A stretch of 64,000 nt of DNA from Vicugna vicugna (Eukaryota). The translations under genes and the position numbers were made by a program. The notes beneath the pieces were generated by a model. The model was given only the letters and a program-made list of their open reading frames with translations. It searched no databases and was not told the DNA's origin. Below, piece after piece: positions 28,521 to 42,959 of this stretch; the first letter of the stretch is position 1, and each line of letters opens with the position of its first letter. The stretch covers positions 6,228,522 through 6,292,521 of the forward strand of contig MU058781.1 of assembly GCA_013265495.1 (NCBI GenBank), given 5' to 3'.

Positions 28521-28859
28521 CCTGTTAAATGAGCCATAGAACATGCTCTTTTGTTCCAAGAGTCCACATTTGCACTTATGTACAGATTCCCCTGAAGTCT
28601 ACCTTTATTCATTTAGGGAAGTGGATGTGGGTATAGTACAGTTGTAAATACCTCCAGTTGCAAAACTCATCCCTGTTTCCTGCTGCCTTCCCCTTGCCCT
28701 GTCTTGAAGTCTGCTCGGGTTTGTGTTCTGGTTAGAGCATTTGCTCGAGAAGAATCCCTCGTTTGGGGACACTTAAGTAACACACTCTCTGAATTCCTAC
28801 ATACTCTCAGATTCCTTCACCACGTGAGAGGGGACGCTTTGGCTGGGTGTAGAACTGTG

Positions 28860-29420
28860 GCTTGTTCCTTTCTCTCCCGGAGTCTGTAGATTTGAGTCTC
28901 CTGTGTTCCAGCTTCTAGTGTTCCATATGAGAAGCCCAGCGATTCTTCGTCTTTGGGAAGTGATTCGTTCTTTTGATCTGACAGCTCTATGACTTTCCCT
29001 TTCTTTTTTGAATCCAGGAATTTCATGGGGATTCTCCTTGATGTGTCTGTCTCCTTCCTCAGTCATGCAGTCTGAAAATGGGTACCCCCCTTTCAATCTG
29101 CAGGCCACCAATATCTATTCAACTTACAGAAATTTTCTCTTATTATTTTTTAAAAATTTCCTGTCTTCCTGGAGCCCTAGTAAAGAATCAGGCATTTAGG
29201 CCTCTTCTCCAAGTGTCTGATCCTCACCACTGAAACACATTTTTTCCCTCTGGTCGCTGAGCTGTTTCTTAGACTTGCTTTCCCAAGGCTACTAAATTGG
29301 CTCTTGAGAGTAAACTTCTATGTCTTGGGAATTGCTTAATTGGTAAATTATGTTTTTTAGCATCATAAAGTCTTTCTGTGCTGCCCATGACTCCCCTGTA
29401 TTTGGCCTTTTTTCCCCTTC
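28860..29420 (-). mobile_element. Very old L1/HAL1 ORF1 remnant
   Basis: Antisense peptides (RHIKE.., KFLDSKKKGKVIELSDQK.., GFSYGTLEA) resemble the degraded L1 ORF1p C-terminal region. Confidence 0.55.
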
Positions 29421-31289
29421 ACTGAATTATTGTCCATCTTCTCCAGCAGCTTCTCTTCCTTGGGCTTGTCTTTTATCTGTTACAGCTTGTCATCCTGTCT
29501 TTGATTTTCCTTAGATGGGATTTGTTGTTGCTGGATGTCTGATCAGAGCACCCGTGTGCTTAAATACTCGCAAGAGCAGCAGTCACAGGAGGCAGGAGGT
29601 AAGCCAGTCCCCATTCCAGGGAGCTTCACATGTTGAAGTCCAGCTGCCACCCCCACTGTCGTGCACGAAGGAGGCCCCCTGACGCTGGTCTCAGGGCACT
29701 TTCCAGCCGTATGGGCAGGGTGGGTTAGCTCACCCTTTCACCTTCTGAGCACCATGGCAGCCCGGGAACGAGGCATGTTTTCTCAGGGAGGATGGTGATT
29801 TTCACCAGGATTCCCTTTGTCTCTGAAAGCTACATTCTTCCCACGATCCACCATTGTCAATCCTGAGCTCCCTGAGACTGGTATCCAGGCAATCATCCTA
29901 CCCTTGGGACAGAAAGCCCTACGCTGGTTCTCTCTGCAGAAGTCCAGCTAAACCTAAAACCTTGCTTTCATCCAGCTTCCTGTAGAGCCCAGCAATTGTC
30001 TGGTTCAGGAGGCGCATCTAGATTGGAGTTGGGAGTAAAGGGAAAGAGACGGTCATATTCAGACCCCTGCATTCCCCAGATACCTCTGCATCCTCTGAGA
30101 GGGCTTGCAAGCATTTACTATTCTCAGAATCTCTAACCCAAAATGTATTTTGAACTTTTCCAAATGCTTCTTCTCTATATATAATTATAGCATATATATA
30201 TTTCAGAATGGTCATGTTGTTTTTCTCCTCTGACCTACTGAGGGGATGAATTATACCAAGCATCTTTGCCAACACTGTCACTCCTAAAATAAACCCTCAA
30301 CCAAGTCATTTTATCTTTTATGATGCTTTCACTTAAAAATAATAAAGTCCAACTTGCACCAATGTAGTCCAACTTGTACCAATTTAAACAATTAAAAATG
30401 TATTGATGTATATAATCAGAATAGAAAAGGCAAGACAAGTCCGTCGTGTGTGGGTCCAGTGCTCAGCAGTCATCCTGGATCCAGGTTTTTCTGTCTCTTA
30501 TTATTCTACCCACAACATCAGAATGATTCTAAAGCAGGTACTCCCTGAGGTCATGGAATGGTTTTCAGTAGCAGTTGGGGCTACGTGCTTCCTCACTTAT
30601 CTTTGGCACAAGAGAGTCATTTCAGGAAGCTGTCCCATAAAAGCAAGGAGGAAACTTCCTAAAGAACCCTGAAAGTGTCCCTTGGCATTCCGTAGGCCTG
30701 GATCATGTCCATGCCAATCCCTGGGCCAGCCGCTGTCGAGGGAACAGGAGTCACCTTTAGAACAATCAAATCCCCCCTTGAAGTTGGTAATGGGATTGCT
30801 TTCCTGGAGAGATGTTGGGAAGTGGTGGATACCTGAATGAAGTTGGGTTCCATTCAGAAGAGAGAAGGGCAGATGGGTGCTGGACAGGTGAGTGACAATG
30901 TAAACTGCAGTCATGAGGTGTTATTATTTTAATGTGATGCTGGATTCATTTGGCTAATAGCGTATGTTGAATTTTTCATACTGTTACATGGTTTTCTTTA
31001 TTATGACTATTTCACGTAAGAAAGCTATTTTAAGATTTTCTACCAAAAACCTAAAATTACGAAGCCCATCGTCTCCCAAGCCACTAGATTTGGTTCTGAT
31101 CGTCTTCTGATACTGCTCCTGCCAACTATTCATCACCAAGGGATTCAAATAGTTAGCTTTCAACTCGGTTGAATTTGAAAAAGCTACACAAGAACTTCAG
31201 ACCAATTTTTCAATTCTTTCAATGTCTAATTTCTTCATGCTTTTGTCTTTGAGCAGTTTGTTTTCAATACCAAGTCATATTTCTTATAC

Positions 31290-31870
31290 ACTCTTTGTAA
31301 TTAAACTTTTTATTTGTAGTTGTAAGAAATAATACAGAGAGGTCCTATGTGCCCTTACCCAGCGTTCCCCCTTGATAACATCTTGCAAAACTGTACTACA
31401 GTATCACAACCAGGATATTCACATCAGTTCAGTCAAGATCTAGGATATTTCCATCACCACAAGGACACTTCATTCGCCATTTTAAAATTTTTAGAAAAGT
31501 TTTAGTTGTGGGTTAAAAAAAATGTAAGATAAAATGTACCATCTTAACATTTTAAGTGTACAGTTTGGTAATAAGTATATTCACATTGCTGTATAACCAT
31601 CTTTACTCTTTTTAACAGAAGTATAGTTGATCGACAATACTATATTAGTTTCAGGTATACAACATAGTGATTCAGTATTTTTATAGATCTTACTCCATTT
31701 AAAGTTATTACAAAATAAAGGCCATATTTCCCTGTGCTGTACAATATATGCATATCTATTTTATGCATAGTAGTTTGTATCTCTTAATTCCTCACTCCCT
31801 ACCTTGCCCCTCCCCACTTCCCTGTCCCCACTGATAACCACTAGTCTGTTCTCTTTCTGTGAGTCTTTTT
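31290..31870 (-). mobile_element. Stacked L1 3' fragments
   Basis: Three successive L1 3'-end signatures at ~31300, ~31500 and ~31615. Confidence 0.75.
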
Positions 31871-32436
31871 AAACCAGCTTTACTTTTGATTGCTTCTTCT
31901 TACTCAAATCTTTGGTGAATATTAATAATTTTCTCCTCCTCAGGCCCTGTCCTAGACACAGTGTTATGAGTAACGTGTAAGATGAGAGACTTGACTGCAG
32001 AAAACTTTAACCTATGGGGGAAGGAGAAACACATGTACACATCAAAAAAATTTTTTAATATTTAAATTATATTTTAAATGGATAGTATATCCCCCAAAGG
32101 ACAAAGTACAGGATAATTACACAATTCTTCTATCTCATCTCCATTCCTTCTTTTTTATCCCTTTGAGTACCTATTTTTCAGTCTTCCTCAAATTCTGCTT
32201 CCCCCTTTATACAACGTCTTTTGTTCTTCTATTTTTTCCCTAGATATTCTAGATATTTCAGAAACCAAGCTTAGTGAAATTGATTAATTACTTCTGATGA
32301 AATTGCAAAGTGACTATCTAATTAATCACAGTACACTAAGGACTTTTTTATTTTCCACCTGCTGTGGAATTTTTTTAATCACAAGGACTTTCCTTAAAGG
32401 GTTCCTCCTCCTTCTGTTGTTATTTACTTTGGCCAG

Positions 32437-32455
32437 TGTCCAGCAGGTGGCGCTA
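32437..32455 (+). promoter_or_regulatory. CTCF motif
   Basis: TGTCCAGCAGGTGGCGCTA, near-consensus with retained CpG. Confidence 0.75.
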
Positions 32456-32479
32456 AAGGATAGTTGATAGAGGTCAACA

Positions 32480-33140
32480 TGTGTCTCTCTCCTGGATTGT
32501 TGCCATAACCCTCCAATCCTCTTAATTCATCTCCCTGCTTCTGCCCTGCCTCCCTTCAGCCAATTCTGAAGACAGAGGCCAGACTGACCCTGTTAAGACA
32601 CAGAAGAGTTCGTGTCGCTCTTCTAATCAGCATTACACAGACTGATCTCCCAGAGTACAAGCCAAAATAATGACGGTTGTTTACAAGACCAGCTCCCACC
32701 TCTTCTAACACTACCCTCCTCATTCACTGGGCTCCAGCCCCACTAGCTCCTCGCTGCTCCTTCGGCGCAGCAGATCCCACTGCAGAGCCTCCGTACCCCT
32801 TGTTCCCGCTGCCTGGGAGGCTCCTCCCCCAGACACCTGATTGGTCACTCTTCCACCAATAAGCTCTCCCCTGACCACCTGGTTGAAAACTCCCATGGTT
32901 CCCCAGCCTGCTGCCAGGTTTATTGTTCTCCAGAGTGATTTACACACAAAACACATAAACATACATATTTGGGGGTTTTTTGTTTGTTTTAACCTAATCT
33001 CCCCAACTAGAGTGCAGGATCCATGTGGGCAGAGACTTGTGTCTGTTTTATTTACTGCTGTATCCTCTAGGCCAACAAGAATGTCTGATAAGTGGCTGAA
33101 CTTGAGTGAAATCTTGTTGAATGAATGCTTACATGAATGA
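32480..33140 (+). mobile_element. L2 3' fragment
   Basis: TAATCTCCCCAACTAGAGTG..GGGCAGAGACTTGTGTCTGTTT..TTGTTGAATGAATG. Confidence 0.8.
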
Positions 33141-34589
33141 TTACTCTACATGGAATCAGTGTTTGGATCCCAGAATATTTCTGCTATTGACTTATGGTAC
33201 TTTGCCCTTCTAAAGTGTAAGCACAGTCAGATCTCCAAGCCCTCGGTCAAGGTTTTATTGAAAGGGAAGAGTGAAACTCAGAACAAACCAACTCACGTGC
33301 TTTTGTAAATCATTTACGATACATGCCCTGCCAACAATCCCCTTTCCTTCACCAGCTTTTATCTGAATGTACAACTCCTAATGGCATAAATTCTGCAAGG
33401 CTGAACGCAATGACATGTTTTATAAAATACCATCCAGTGACAGAAAAACATCTTCACCCTTAGAATCATCTATAAATTTAGGATTTCCTCAGCCTAGCCA
33501 ACATTTTAGAAACCTGAGAAGAGATGACTGTAATTATTTTTGTGAACCACATTAAATTTCTCCTGTGGCCACTTAAGTGTCTTTAAGCCCTAAAATACTT
33601 GCATTAATCTTAATAAAACAGGAAGAACATTAAGTCTCTATCCTCCAAATTACAATGTGTCCTATATTTCAAATGTGATGGGTGTTATTAAGCTATTTTT
33701 GTTTTGTTTTGTTTTGTTTCTTGTCAGATGAAATAATTTTATTGCTCAGCAGAGAGAGACCACACCCAAATTCTCTTTTGTGCCAATCAGGTTTTAAATG
33801 CTAAGCTCTTTGGGGGATGTCGGGGTAAGGAATGGAGACCGTGATATTACTTCCCGTGTAGAGAGTACAGTGGTCTAAGGAAATTCTTTATGGAAATCTG
33901 TATGTTTTCCATTGTGTCCAGCCTTGCAAACAGTTTCCAGATCTAGCTAACAGATAGAATTCCTCTTTAGATGGTGGTTAAACCTACCTTTTCATTTTAA
34001 GTACTTTTATGCTTTAAAGAAAAAGTCAACCAATTCTTTGCCTATGTAGTTTGTCCTTAACTATCTAGCATTTCATTCAGTGAGTGTTAATCTAGCATGT
34101 CTTTTGTGCTAGGTCTTAGGGATACAGAGAGCAAGGGATTAAACAGAAGAAAATTTAGCTTTATTCAAGAGGCTCACGATGCACTAAATATGCAAACAGA
34201 TGATCAAAACCCAATGTGCTGCATTCCAAATGAGAGCACAGAGGAGAGAGAAACTATAATTCTGCAGGATCCTGTGATGGTTTCATGGAGACAGTGACAT
34301 TTAAGCAGAATCTTGACTGATGAGTGGGAGTCTACCCAATGTAGAAATAGGAGAATCTCTCCAGGGAGAGACTTGTGTCTGCAAAGACTGCAAGTGTGAA
34401 GGAATGTGGCCTGGTGGCAGCACACAGAAATGTTTGGTGTGCCTGAGCCAGAGATGTGGACGGGAGGGAGAGGCTGCTGGAAAAGCTCAAGTTACTGCTC
34501 AGTGGTTGGGCTTTATGCTGTGAACGTGCAAGGCTTTTAGGCAATGAACAAACTCATAGGCTGCAGGAAGCAAATAATCAAAAAATACA

Positions 34590-34925
34590 GAGACTTATGA
34601 GTCTTAAAAAAGGAAATTCTGACACACGATGCAACATGGATCAACCTTGAGGACATTGTCTAAGGCAGTCACAGAAAGACAAGTACTGTCTGATTCCACT
34701 TAGTTGAGGCACCTAAAGAGTCACACTCACAGAAACGGAAAGCAGAATGATGGTTGCCAGGAGCTGTGGGGAGGGAGAAATGGGAGTGCTTGTTCGATGG
34801 GCATAGACAGAGCTTCAGTTTCGCAAGATGAAAGTTCTAAAGATCACAACAGTGTGAATATACTTAATATACCAATGTACACTTAAAAAATGGTTACACA
34901 GTAAATTTTGTTGTTTCTTTTACCA
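34590..34925 (+). mobile_element. L1M 3' end
   Basis: AAAGGAAATTCTGACAC..CACAGAAAGACAAGTACTG..TGTACACTTAAAAAATGGTTA. Confidence 0.8.
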
Positions 34926-36928
34926 CAATGACAGATAGATAAACAGAAAGATAGATAGATAGCGTCCTAAGGTCCAAATAGCCACCATTTTTCACCTCAC
35001 TCTGAAGGTTGCTGCTTATCTGGTTAGTAGGGTTTCCATCCTCTCTGATGGAAAGGAATCCTGGTTCAACAAAGAGGAGATGAAAGTCGAAAGATGGGGA
35101 CAAAGACTGATATTTATGAGCATCCTTTGAACCCCTGTGTCAAGTTATACCTGAAACAGTATACCTTTGGAATTTTCAGTTAGGAGAGACAACAAAACTC
35201 CTTTTTTTCCTTGAGGAAAAAAACAAAAGAGAGAAAGGCATCCTATCAGAGCCTGCTTTTTACTTTAGCCTTCGGACCACGATATAGTGGTCCGAAGTGG
35301 ACTAAATCACGTCTTAAATAAGAGGTTAATAACTTTCCATAATAAGTGGATAAGAGAGTACGGGTACTCCACCGCAACCAAACCCGCACTGAGCTCCACG
35401 TGTCTCACTGATTGGTGGTGGATTGGCTGTGGCACTTTCTGCGGGACGTACAACCTCAGAGCACTGGCTGGGGTCATCAGCAGAAAAATGAACTGTGGCC
35501 TCCGTGTTGAGCAACAGCTCTCCTTTCCATACGTAACTGATTCTCCTCCAAAGCGCCAATATCCATGTAAATTCCGAAAATGTCATGTGGATTTGCGAGA
35601 TGATTCTTATTCACTTTGTAGCAATCCTCTTTCTTGTTCATCCTCTTTCCTACTTGGTTATTTTTTACCACTGCTCAGGTTGGAGACTCTGGTCAGCTGG
35701 TAATGTACTATGCCCCCAAACTGCTTTTTTAAGGTGATTGGTATGCCCCTTTAATTTAAGAGCATTTATAAATCTAGTCTGAAGGAATAGGTCCCCTAAA
35801 AGATGAATGGAATGGGCTTCTTTCTCCTCTCCCCTGTGCAAACAGAGAATTTCCATTGGATTTGGGTTCCTCCCCTTTTATTAATCTCTGGCTCTCCTAA
35901 GAAGGTACAAGATAGATAGCTTTTTAAAAAAGAGTCTGTACCCATAGTAACCTCTGATGAAAAGAACTAACAGCTATCTCAAAGATCGAAGACCTGAAGC
36001 CCAAATTGCACCATCACAGGCCAGTCAATAGAGACAGCAAATATTTGGTGTGTCAGAATAGCGGTCCTTCCTGGAGAAGAATTTTTTTTGGAATTGAAGA
36101 TGTCCCAGCTGACTTTTTAAAAAACCCCACTGAAATCACAGTTTACAAATAGCATATTATGATTTACTTAGCTTTAGAGCTTTAGAGCATAACAGTTTTT
36201 AAGTGAAACATTTTCATTTCTGTCCATTTGATAATGGCTGCATAATATTCCACCCAGTGGAGATATATATATATATATGTATATGGCAATTTCTGATATT
36301 GCACTATTAGGGATAACCATAATGAATATCTTTGTCCATGTAGATTTTCCCATATTGTAAACTGTTTCCTTAGATTCTCAGAAGGGAAATTAGGTGGTCA
36401 AATGGTAAGCATTTTTATCATTCTTGATCCAAGCTGCTCAATTGATTTTACAAAATTAATTTAGTCAACTGAAGATCTGTTTCACTCTCTCCCTAACACT
36501 GAGTATCATTAAAATAACTTTTATTATAATTATGAGGGAAGAAATGTTCATTTGCACTCATATAATTACTATTGAAGTTAAACATGTTCCATATATTCTT
36601 AATCTATCTCCCATTTTGTGAAGTGTTTGTGTTTTGTGATAGTTTGTAAGCCAGTGGCAGAGGTAAAGTTTGTTTCTGGAACTTTCCTAATGTCCTCAAA
36701 CTCTTCCTTTCACTCATTTCAACTAGCAGGCCAGGAAAATCCCCATAATGTTCTATTCTCGCCCTAGACAGCTCAGTAGGTAAAACCAGGTAACCAAGTT
36801 GTTGCCATGTGGTTCCAGGCAATCCCCAGGAGGTGTCTTTGTGTTACCCTCTTCCTTCTTGCTGCCCTCTACCTCAGAGGACTGATGCTGCCATTTCTGC
36901 ACTTGGGAGGAGAATTTATTCCTGAAAT

Positions 36929-37105
36929 CAGTTGTTCCCCACACTGATGGCACATTAGAATCATCTGGGGAGCTCTTAAAATTCCCAGTCCTCAGCCCAT
37001 TCCACACACCAATTAAATCAGAGTCTCTGGGGTAAGACCTGACATCAGGGTTTTTGAGAGCATCCCCTGAGGATTTCAAAGCACAGCCAAGGTTGAGAAC
37101 CACTG
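36929..37105. mobile_element. MER5-type MITE
   Basis: CAGTTGTTC..CCAATTAAATCAGAGTCTCTGGGG..GGTTGAGAACCACTG. Confidence 0.85.
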
Positions 37106-37244
37106 CTTTCAATCCACAGTCACAGGATTACGAGGCTGGGCACTCCAGCTGCAAAGGACCGTGTGCAATGGCCCCAGCCCTCAGGGAGCTCACAGCTGGG
37201 CAATCTGTGTAGCAAAGCACATTCTGAATGTTTTATAAGGGAGT

Positions 37245-37338
37245 GGTGTGTATGTGCGTGTGTGCGTGCGCATGTGTGCATATGTGTATACACATATGTA
37301 TATACATATATATGCACATACACACACACATATATATG
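37245..37338. repeat. Compound (TG/TA/CA)n alternating purine-pyrimidine tract
   Basis: Read directly from the sequence. Confidence 0.9.
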
Positions 37339-37615
37339 CCACTTGGTTAACTATAACCTATAATTTGATCAACCGCTGGCATCATTTCAAAAGAACGACC
37401 TTAAAGCATGATCAGATTCCAACTTGACTAAGTAAAGTTGGTTGTGTTGACTATGCTGTATTTACTGAGGCAAAATAGGTCCAGCCCCAGCATGGATAAG
37501 AAAAACCATTTCAAAACTGGAGATTAAAAAGAGTTTTCATGTTATTTCTCTTAACAAGAAATTGAAACTCATTACATTATCGCTCCCTGACGTTTCTGCA
37601 GCGGTAACACTTCTC

Positions 37616-37634
37616 TCTTCACTAGGTGGCGCTC
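37616..37634 (+). promoter_or_regulatory. CTCF motif
   Basis: TCTTCACTAGGTGGCGCTC. Confidence 0.6.
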
Positions 37635-40634
37635 TGAGCAAATTGATAAGCTGTCGGCTTTCCCACAGTTACTGTCCCTACGATGCCCTTTCAGAGAAAT
37701 TCAATATCATTCTGTGGCAGAAATGGCTATTCATTCCTGGTCTGGATCTAAAGCAATCAGAAATGGTTTTCTTTTTGCTAATTGAGAAAATAAAGTTAAG
37801 CCTGCTTGAACAGTATTTCTAACTATCAATCCAAATATTGTCTTCAGAATTAAAAAAAAAATCTACCATATGTTATTGAATTCTACTGCATTTTCCCCAA
37901 TTATCGAGACAATTATAGGCTTTAAAATGGCTTTACAGGCTTCATCTTACAGACACTCAGTCCCTGCTTCTTCTGTTAAAGCCAATAATGAAATATAGCC
38001 CCCATTGTCTATATATAAAGATCCAAACACACATTAGACCTCAAAGAATTGAATTTATTTTTATGGGTTAAAGAATCTGAATGTTATCTGAGATGGGATT
38101 AAATGGAAAGCATTCCTGTCTCTTCTCAACAGAAATAGGACCGTCCTTGGCCATGAGCCTGGGTGGTTGAGCCCTCGGCTAGACTCATAATACACAGTTT
38201 TCAGCAAAAGACAGTCCGGGTGGAGTTGCTGCTCACAGCACCTGTGCAAATTCTCAGGAAGCTCGACCAGAATTTGCAGAGGCAGTTGGTCACTGCCATG
38301 CCTTCAGCTACCCTGGAAAGGACAGGATTCTTGGCCGTCCAGATGCCCCCAATGCCACAGTGTATCCCAGGTTCACCCACGTCTGACCATAGGTCCGGCC
38401 CCGTAGATTCCTGCCGCCATTTATGACATGCATAGACCATTGGAATGAGTTGGGGATCTTCTGTTATAAAACTAAGCTTATCATCATGATCCAGAGGAGG
38501 CCAAAGACGTGTTTGCCTCCTTCCTGCACTAGGAGAAGTGTCGCCTCAGGAGAACTGGATATTAACGAGCAGGAAAAAAGAACAGTACTATCACATCCTT
38601 CTGGCTGGGCCTAGAGTCTGGCTGGTCCCTGAGCCCGCTGCAGCAGGTGTGAGGCACCCGACGTTCAGAGCGGTTTCTTGGCTGAGGATATTGGTGCCTG
38701 AGTGTTTACATGGCACTCTTTCTGATTGCTAGGTGATTCTCTTTCCTGTCACTCTTAGGGCCCAAGTCAGCCGTGGATAGGGTTAGCCAGCCTCTCACTT
38801 CACAGAGCAGAGCCCTTTGATCTATGCTGGGGCTTGGACACAAACACTGCTTCCTCCTTCTAAATGTTCTCCAGAGAACAGGGGGTACATGGAGTGAACA
38901 CAAAAATAAACATGGATGGTGAGAGCAAGGAGCCCTGGAACACTCACCAAGTCAGAGCTTTTGAAAGAGCAATATTCTGCTCAGGGCAGACCTCTCACCT
39001 CGATGGGGAGCTGGGCACACTGGGCAGACAGACTCGCCAGTCAGGTTCGTGCTCTCCCCTGCTGAGGCTGGCCAACCTACAATGACTTACAGTTCATGTC
39101 AAAACAACAGAGAGACAAGTGATGCCACTGAAAGGAAGGCTAACGTGGATGTGGTGTGAGTCTTCCTCAACACCCTCCTACGCTCTTTGTGCTGGGGGAG
39201 CGGAGGCGGACCAAGAAGAGAGACTTGGATGACCCAGAAAAGGGAATGAGGTCAGAGTATGATTGGAACCAAATGGAACTCTTGCCAAGTCATCATGTGC
39301 CAAGCACTTTACACAGATGACCTTCTTTAATACCTGAAACAATGCTGTGTGCTGTTATCATCCCAATTTTATAAATGAGAACATTAAAACTTTAAAATAT
39401 GGAGTATTATAGTCAGTGTCAGACAGTAACACTCCAGGCCTGTCCAGTTATTCACACACCTCGGCATTTTTCCTCGTCTAACTCTGGACCCATCCAGCAC
39501 TCAGACTGGGGACGATCAAGGACAAGGAGGAGGGAAAACAGAGAGCAGAGGAAAACTCTACCCACGCAGACAGGTATTCTGGGGACACCTGATTGGTAGG
39601 GGTGGGATCTGAAGTTGAGCAACGTTAAGTCACTTGACCCAGAACTAGGGAGTCAAAGGACCAGCTTCAAACCTGAATCTGTCTTTATCTGCTCAGCCTC
39701 ATTTGTTCTCCTGGGAGTTGAACTATAATTCTCCTGAGAGCTTGGCCCTAAGCTCCTGCTCCTTAGCTGTCTCCTCTCTGCAGGGGAAGCCTCCTAGGGG
39801 TAGGGGTTAATTTGGGGAGTGGGGTGAGCTCTGGGCACTGGAGAATTGGCTTATGTCTCCCACTGCCACTGTCCACGCCCCTGCCAGCCTTGCTCAATGA
39901 TGGAGAACTCAGATGCCCGTTTGTGTAGCCTACATTTCTCAGTTCACACTCACCAGGAGGGAAAACGAGGTCTGCTAACACTGATAGAAACTCTATCTCT
40001 GGCTCTGAAGTCCCCTCCTTCCCAGGTCTTCCTGCTCCCCTCTCCCAGGTGGAGTGAGAAGTGAGGGGTCTGGGCTGACACCAGCCCTGCCAGCCGGGCA
40101 CTTGCTCTGTCAACACCCTCCAAAAGCACCGCGCTGTGGATGCTTAAGGGAGGATCTCCTGCGTTACACAGAAGCCTTTATGTAGGTGGATATTGGAGTT
40201 ATTACCTTTATTTCCTGAGGTCTTGGACATAAGCCATATGTCTGTGCCCCTTTCTCCCCCCTTATTCCTTCCCATTGGTTGAAAAACGGACTTGGTGGCC
40301 AGAACTGGAGCAACCAACATGGACTGTAAGGTGATCTTGGAAAAGGAGGCCATGGATTGCTGATCCTTAAGCTCGGAGGACCCTGAGTTTCCAATGCCAC
40401 AGGATATTATATGGCATCATGGACTGTTTGCTTCCAGATTCTTATTTGAAAGGGAAGTAAATATCTGTCTCCTTTGAACTGCTGCTAGTTTGGAGTTTGT
40501 ACCTCAGAGTTGAACCAAATCCCACTAATATTGTTTAGCTTTGTTTATACTTAATGTTCCTAGTTAAGGGTGCTAAGTTGTAAGTGACAGATCAGCAAGC
40601 GAGTTTAGAATTCGAGTGATAAGACACTGAATTG

Positions 40635-40970
40635 AAAAAAAATCTAAAAAAAAAGACACAAATGAACTTATTGACAAAACAGAAACAGACTCACAGACAT
40701 AGAAAACAAACTTATAGTTACCAGGGGAAGGGAGTGGGAAGGGATAAATTGGGAGTTCGAGATTTGCAGATACTAACTACTATATATATAATAGATAAAC
40801 ACAAGTTTATACTGTACAGCACAGGGAACTCTATTCAATATCTCATAATAACCCTATGATGAAAAAGAATATGAAAATGAATCTATGTATGTATATGTAT
40901 GACTAAAACATTATGCTGTACACCAGAAATTGACACGTTGTAACTGACTATACTTCAATTAAAAAAAGAG
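40635..40970 (+). mobile_element. 5'-truncated L1 with TSD
   Basis: TSD AAGACA(C/T)TGAATTG at 40621-40634 and 40971-40984; poly(A) tail. Confidence 0.92.
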
Positions 40971-42325
40971 AAGACATTGAATTGTCCCTCATTGCAGGCA
41001 GTCTAGAGGTAGGGAGTTTCAGAGTTTGTTCTGAGGTTCAGCAACACTGGGGCTTCAGAGCAGCATCTCTGTGATAACCATAACCTGCTACTCCTGCTCC
41101 CAGTCTGGCTCTAGCAGCTCTTTCTCATGCGACAGCGCCCAGAGCAGGAAGGACTGCTCTCCTTTACCAGGTAGAAAATATTTCCCATCACCCTGCAAGC
41201 TAATATTCCTGTATATCAGCTCCCTGCTAGTCCTGCCACCACCAAGGACGTGTGGGATTGCCAAAATGGTTTAGCTGATGGTTATTTGTTCCTTGGAGTG
41301 GGACATCTTGTCATTTAAATAAAACCACTCTTCCACTAGCAAAGAAAAAGGGAGAGTGGCTACTGGGAAGGCAACTAATGATGTCTTCCCTACTAATTAA
41401 AAAGTGCACATTGAGGGATAAAGACATTTTGTCCTCGATTTGATTTCATTCTACAGTCGTGTTGACATTATTCCAAAACGCCAAAACGAATTCCATTCAC
41501 TTGGGGCTTCGAGCTTTTCCATTTAGAACAGAATTATCCCATGATTTTAGGCTAAAGAAGAACTGTGCGTGAATAATATTTAATTAACCTTACAATTAGA
41601 AAAGATTATGACTTAATCTTTTATGCTTTCAGCCCAAATCAACCTCAGAGAGAAACAAGCAAGAACTATTTATTTTAAGAAAAACCAACCGCAGGGGCTC
41701 CTGAACAATTCCACCCCCTTCTGGACTGTTGGTTCTCGTCTTGAATACTGTCTGCCCTTCCTCCAGGGAGCTCTTCTCCTCCGCCTCCTCCTCTCCTTCC
41801 GTCTACCTCCAGACTTGCCCTGGGCCTTCTCTTTTGTTATTGTTCTTTTTCTCTTTATTTCTTTTGTCTTTCTTGCTCCTCCCTGCCTTTCAACTGCTTC
41901 TAATATTGAAGTCTTCCTGGTAGAATCTGTTGTTTCATTAGATTTGTTTCCTGTTCATTATGCTTACATTAAAAAAGCAGGTGACTCGCATGTTTGGGTA
42001 TGGTCCTTGCAGAAAAGCTCTCACAAAATTAAGCTAAATGAAAACAAAAGAAAAAAACCCCCAATCTTCCCCATTTCTGTCACATGATTAATTACATTCA
42101 GTATTTGTTCATATGAGGGAAAGGACTAGCAAAAAGCAATATCCTATTGGGCTCTCTTCTTGGATTTGATCTAATTAATTCAGCCCTGGCAGACATTGCA
42201 AAGCCATATGGGCTGTCATGAAGCCCAGCAAATATTCATGTAGCTGGATCCTTTCAGGTACTTGGCTACCAAGACAGAGATCTGGCTTGGACCCAGCACT
42301 AAGCAGGAGAGCCCTGCATGGGGGT

Positions 42326-42700
42326 GGTATGGACTGACTTCTACCTCCCCATATCCGTATGTTGAAGCCTTAACACCCCCCCACCAATGTGACTATTTTG
42401 AGATGGGGCTTTTAAGAAGTAATTAAGGTTAACTGGGTTCATGAGGGTAGGGCCCTAATGCAGTAAACCTGTGGCCTTGTAAGAAGAGAAAGAGCTCTCT
42501 CAGTCTCTCTCCATCTCTCTCTCTCCCCACCCACCATACCACACGAAGACACATCCAAAAGGTGGCTGTCTGCAAGCTGAATCAGCCAATACCTTGATCT
42601 TGAACTTCCCAGCCAATGGAACAGGGACAAAATTAATTTTTGTTGTTTAAACTATCCAGTGTATGGTATTCTGTTACGACAACGTAAGCTGACTGATGCA
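42326..42700 (+). mobile_element. MLT1A-like MaLR solo LTR
   Basis: TATGGACTGA..TATGTTGAAGCCTTAAC..CCAGTGTATGGTATTCTGTTA..GCTGACTGATGCA. Confidence 0.85.
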
Positions 42701-42959
42701 AGGGGCACAGTGTCCGAGCCAAGTGTTTAGGGACAAGACTGAAACAACATGGAACCTTCCCCCATCCAGCTTCCTCTCCGTCTGTAGAGGAAGCTCCACC
42801 TTCCCAAAAAGTAGGCTCTGCTGGTTCCTCCAGGAACTGATAGAGGAAATGCTGGCTTCTGGGGGGTGGGGCGGGGAGAGAAGGACACTTTCCTGAGACT
42901 CACTGTATCTCTCACATCTGCAGTGAGTTCTCTATTATTTCTGATTTCTTTCTTTTTTA

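Noticed and set aside
41623..42087. 154-aa hydrophobic ORF
   Set aside because: The hydrophobicity comes from a pyrimidine-rich low-complexity tract; no recognisable family.
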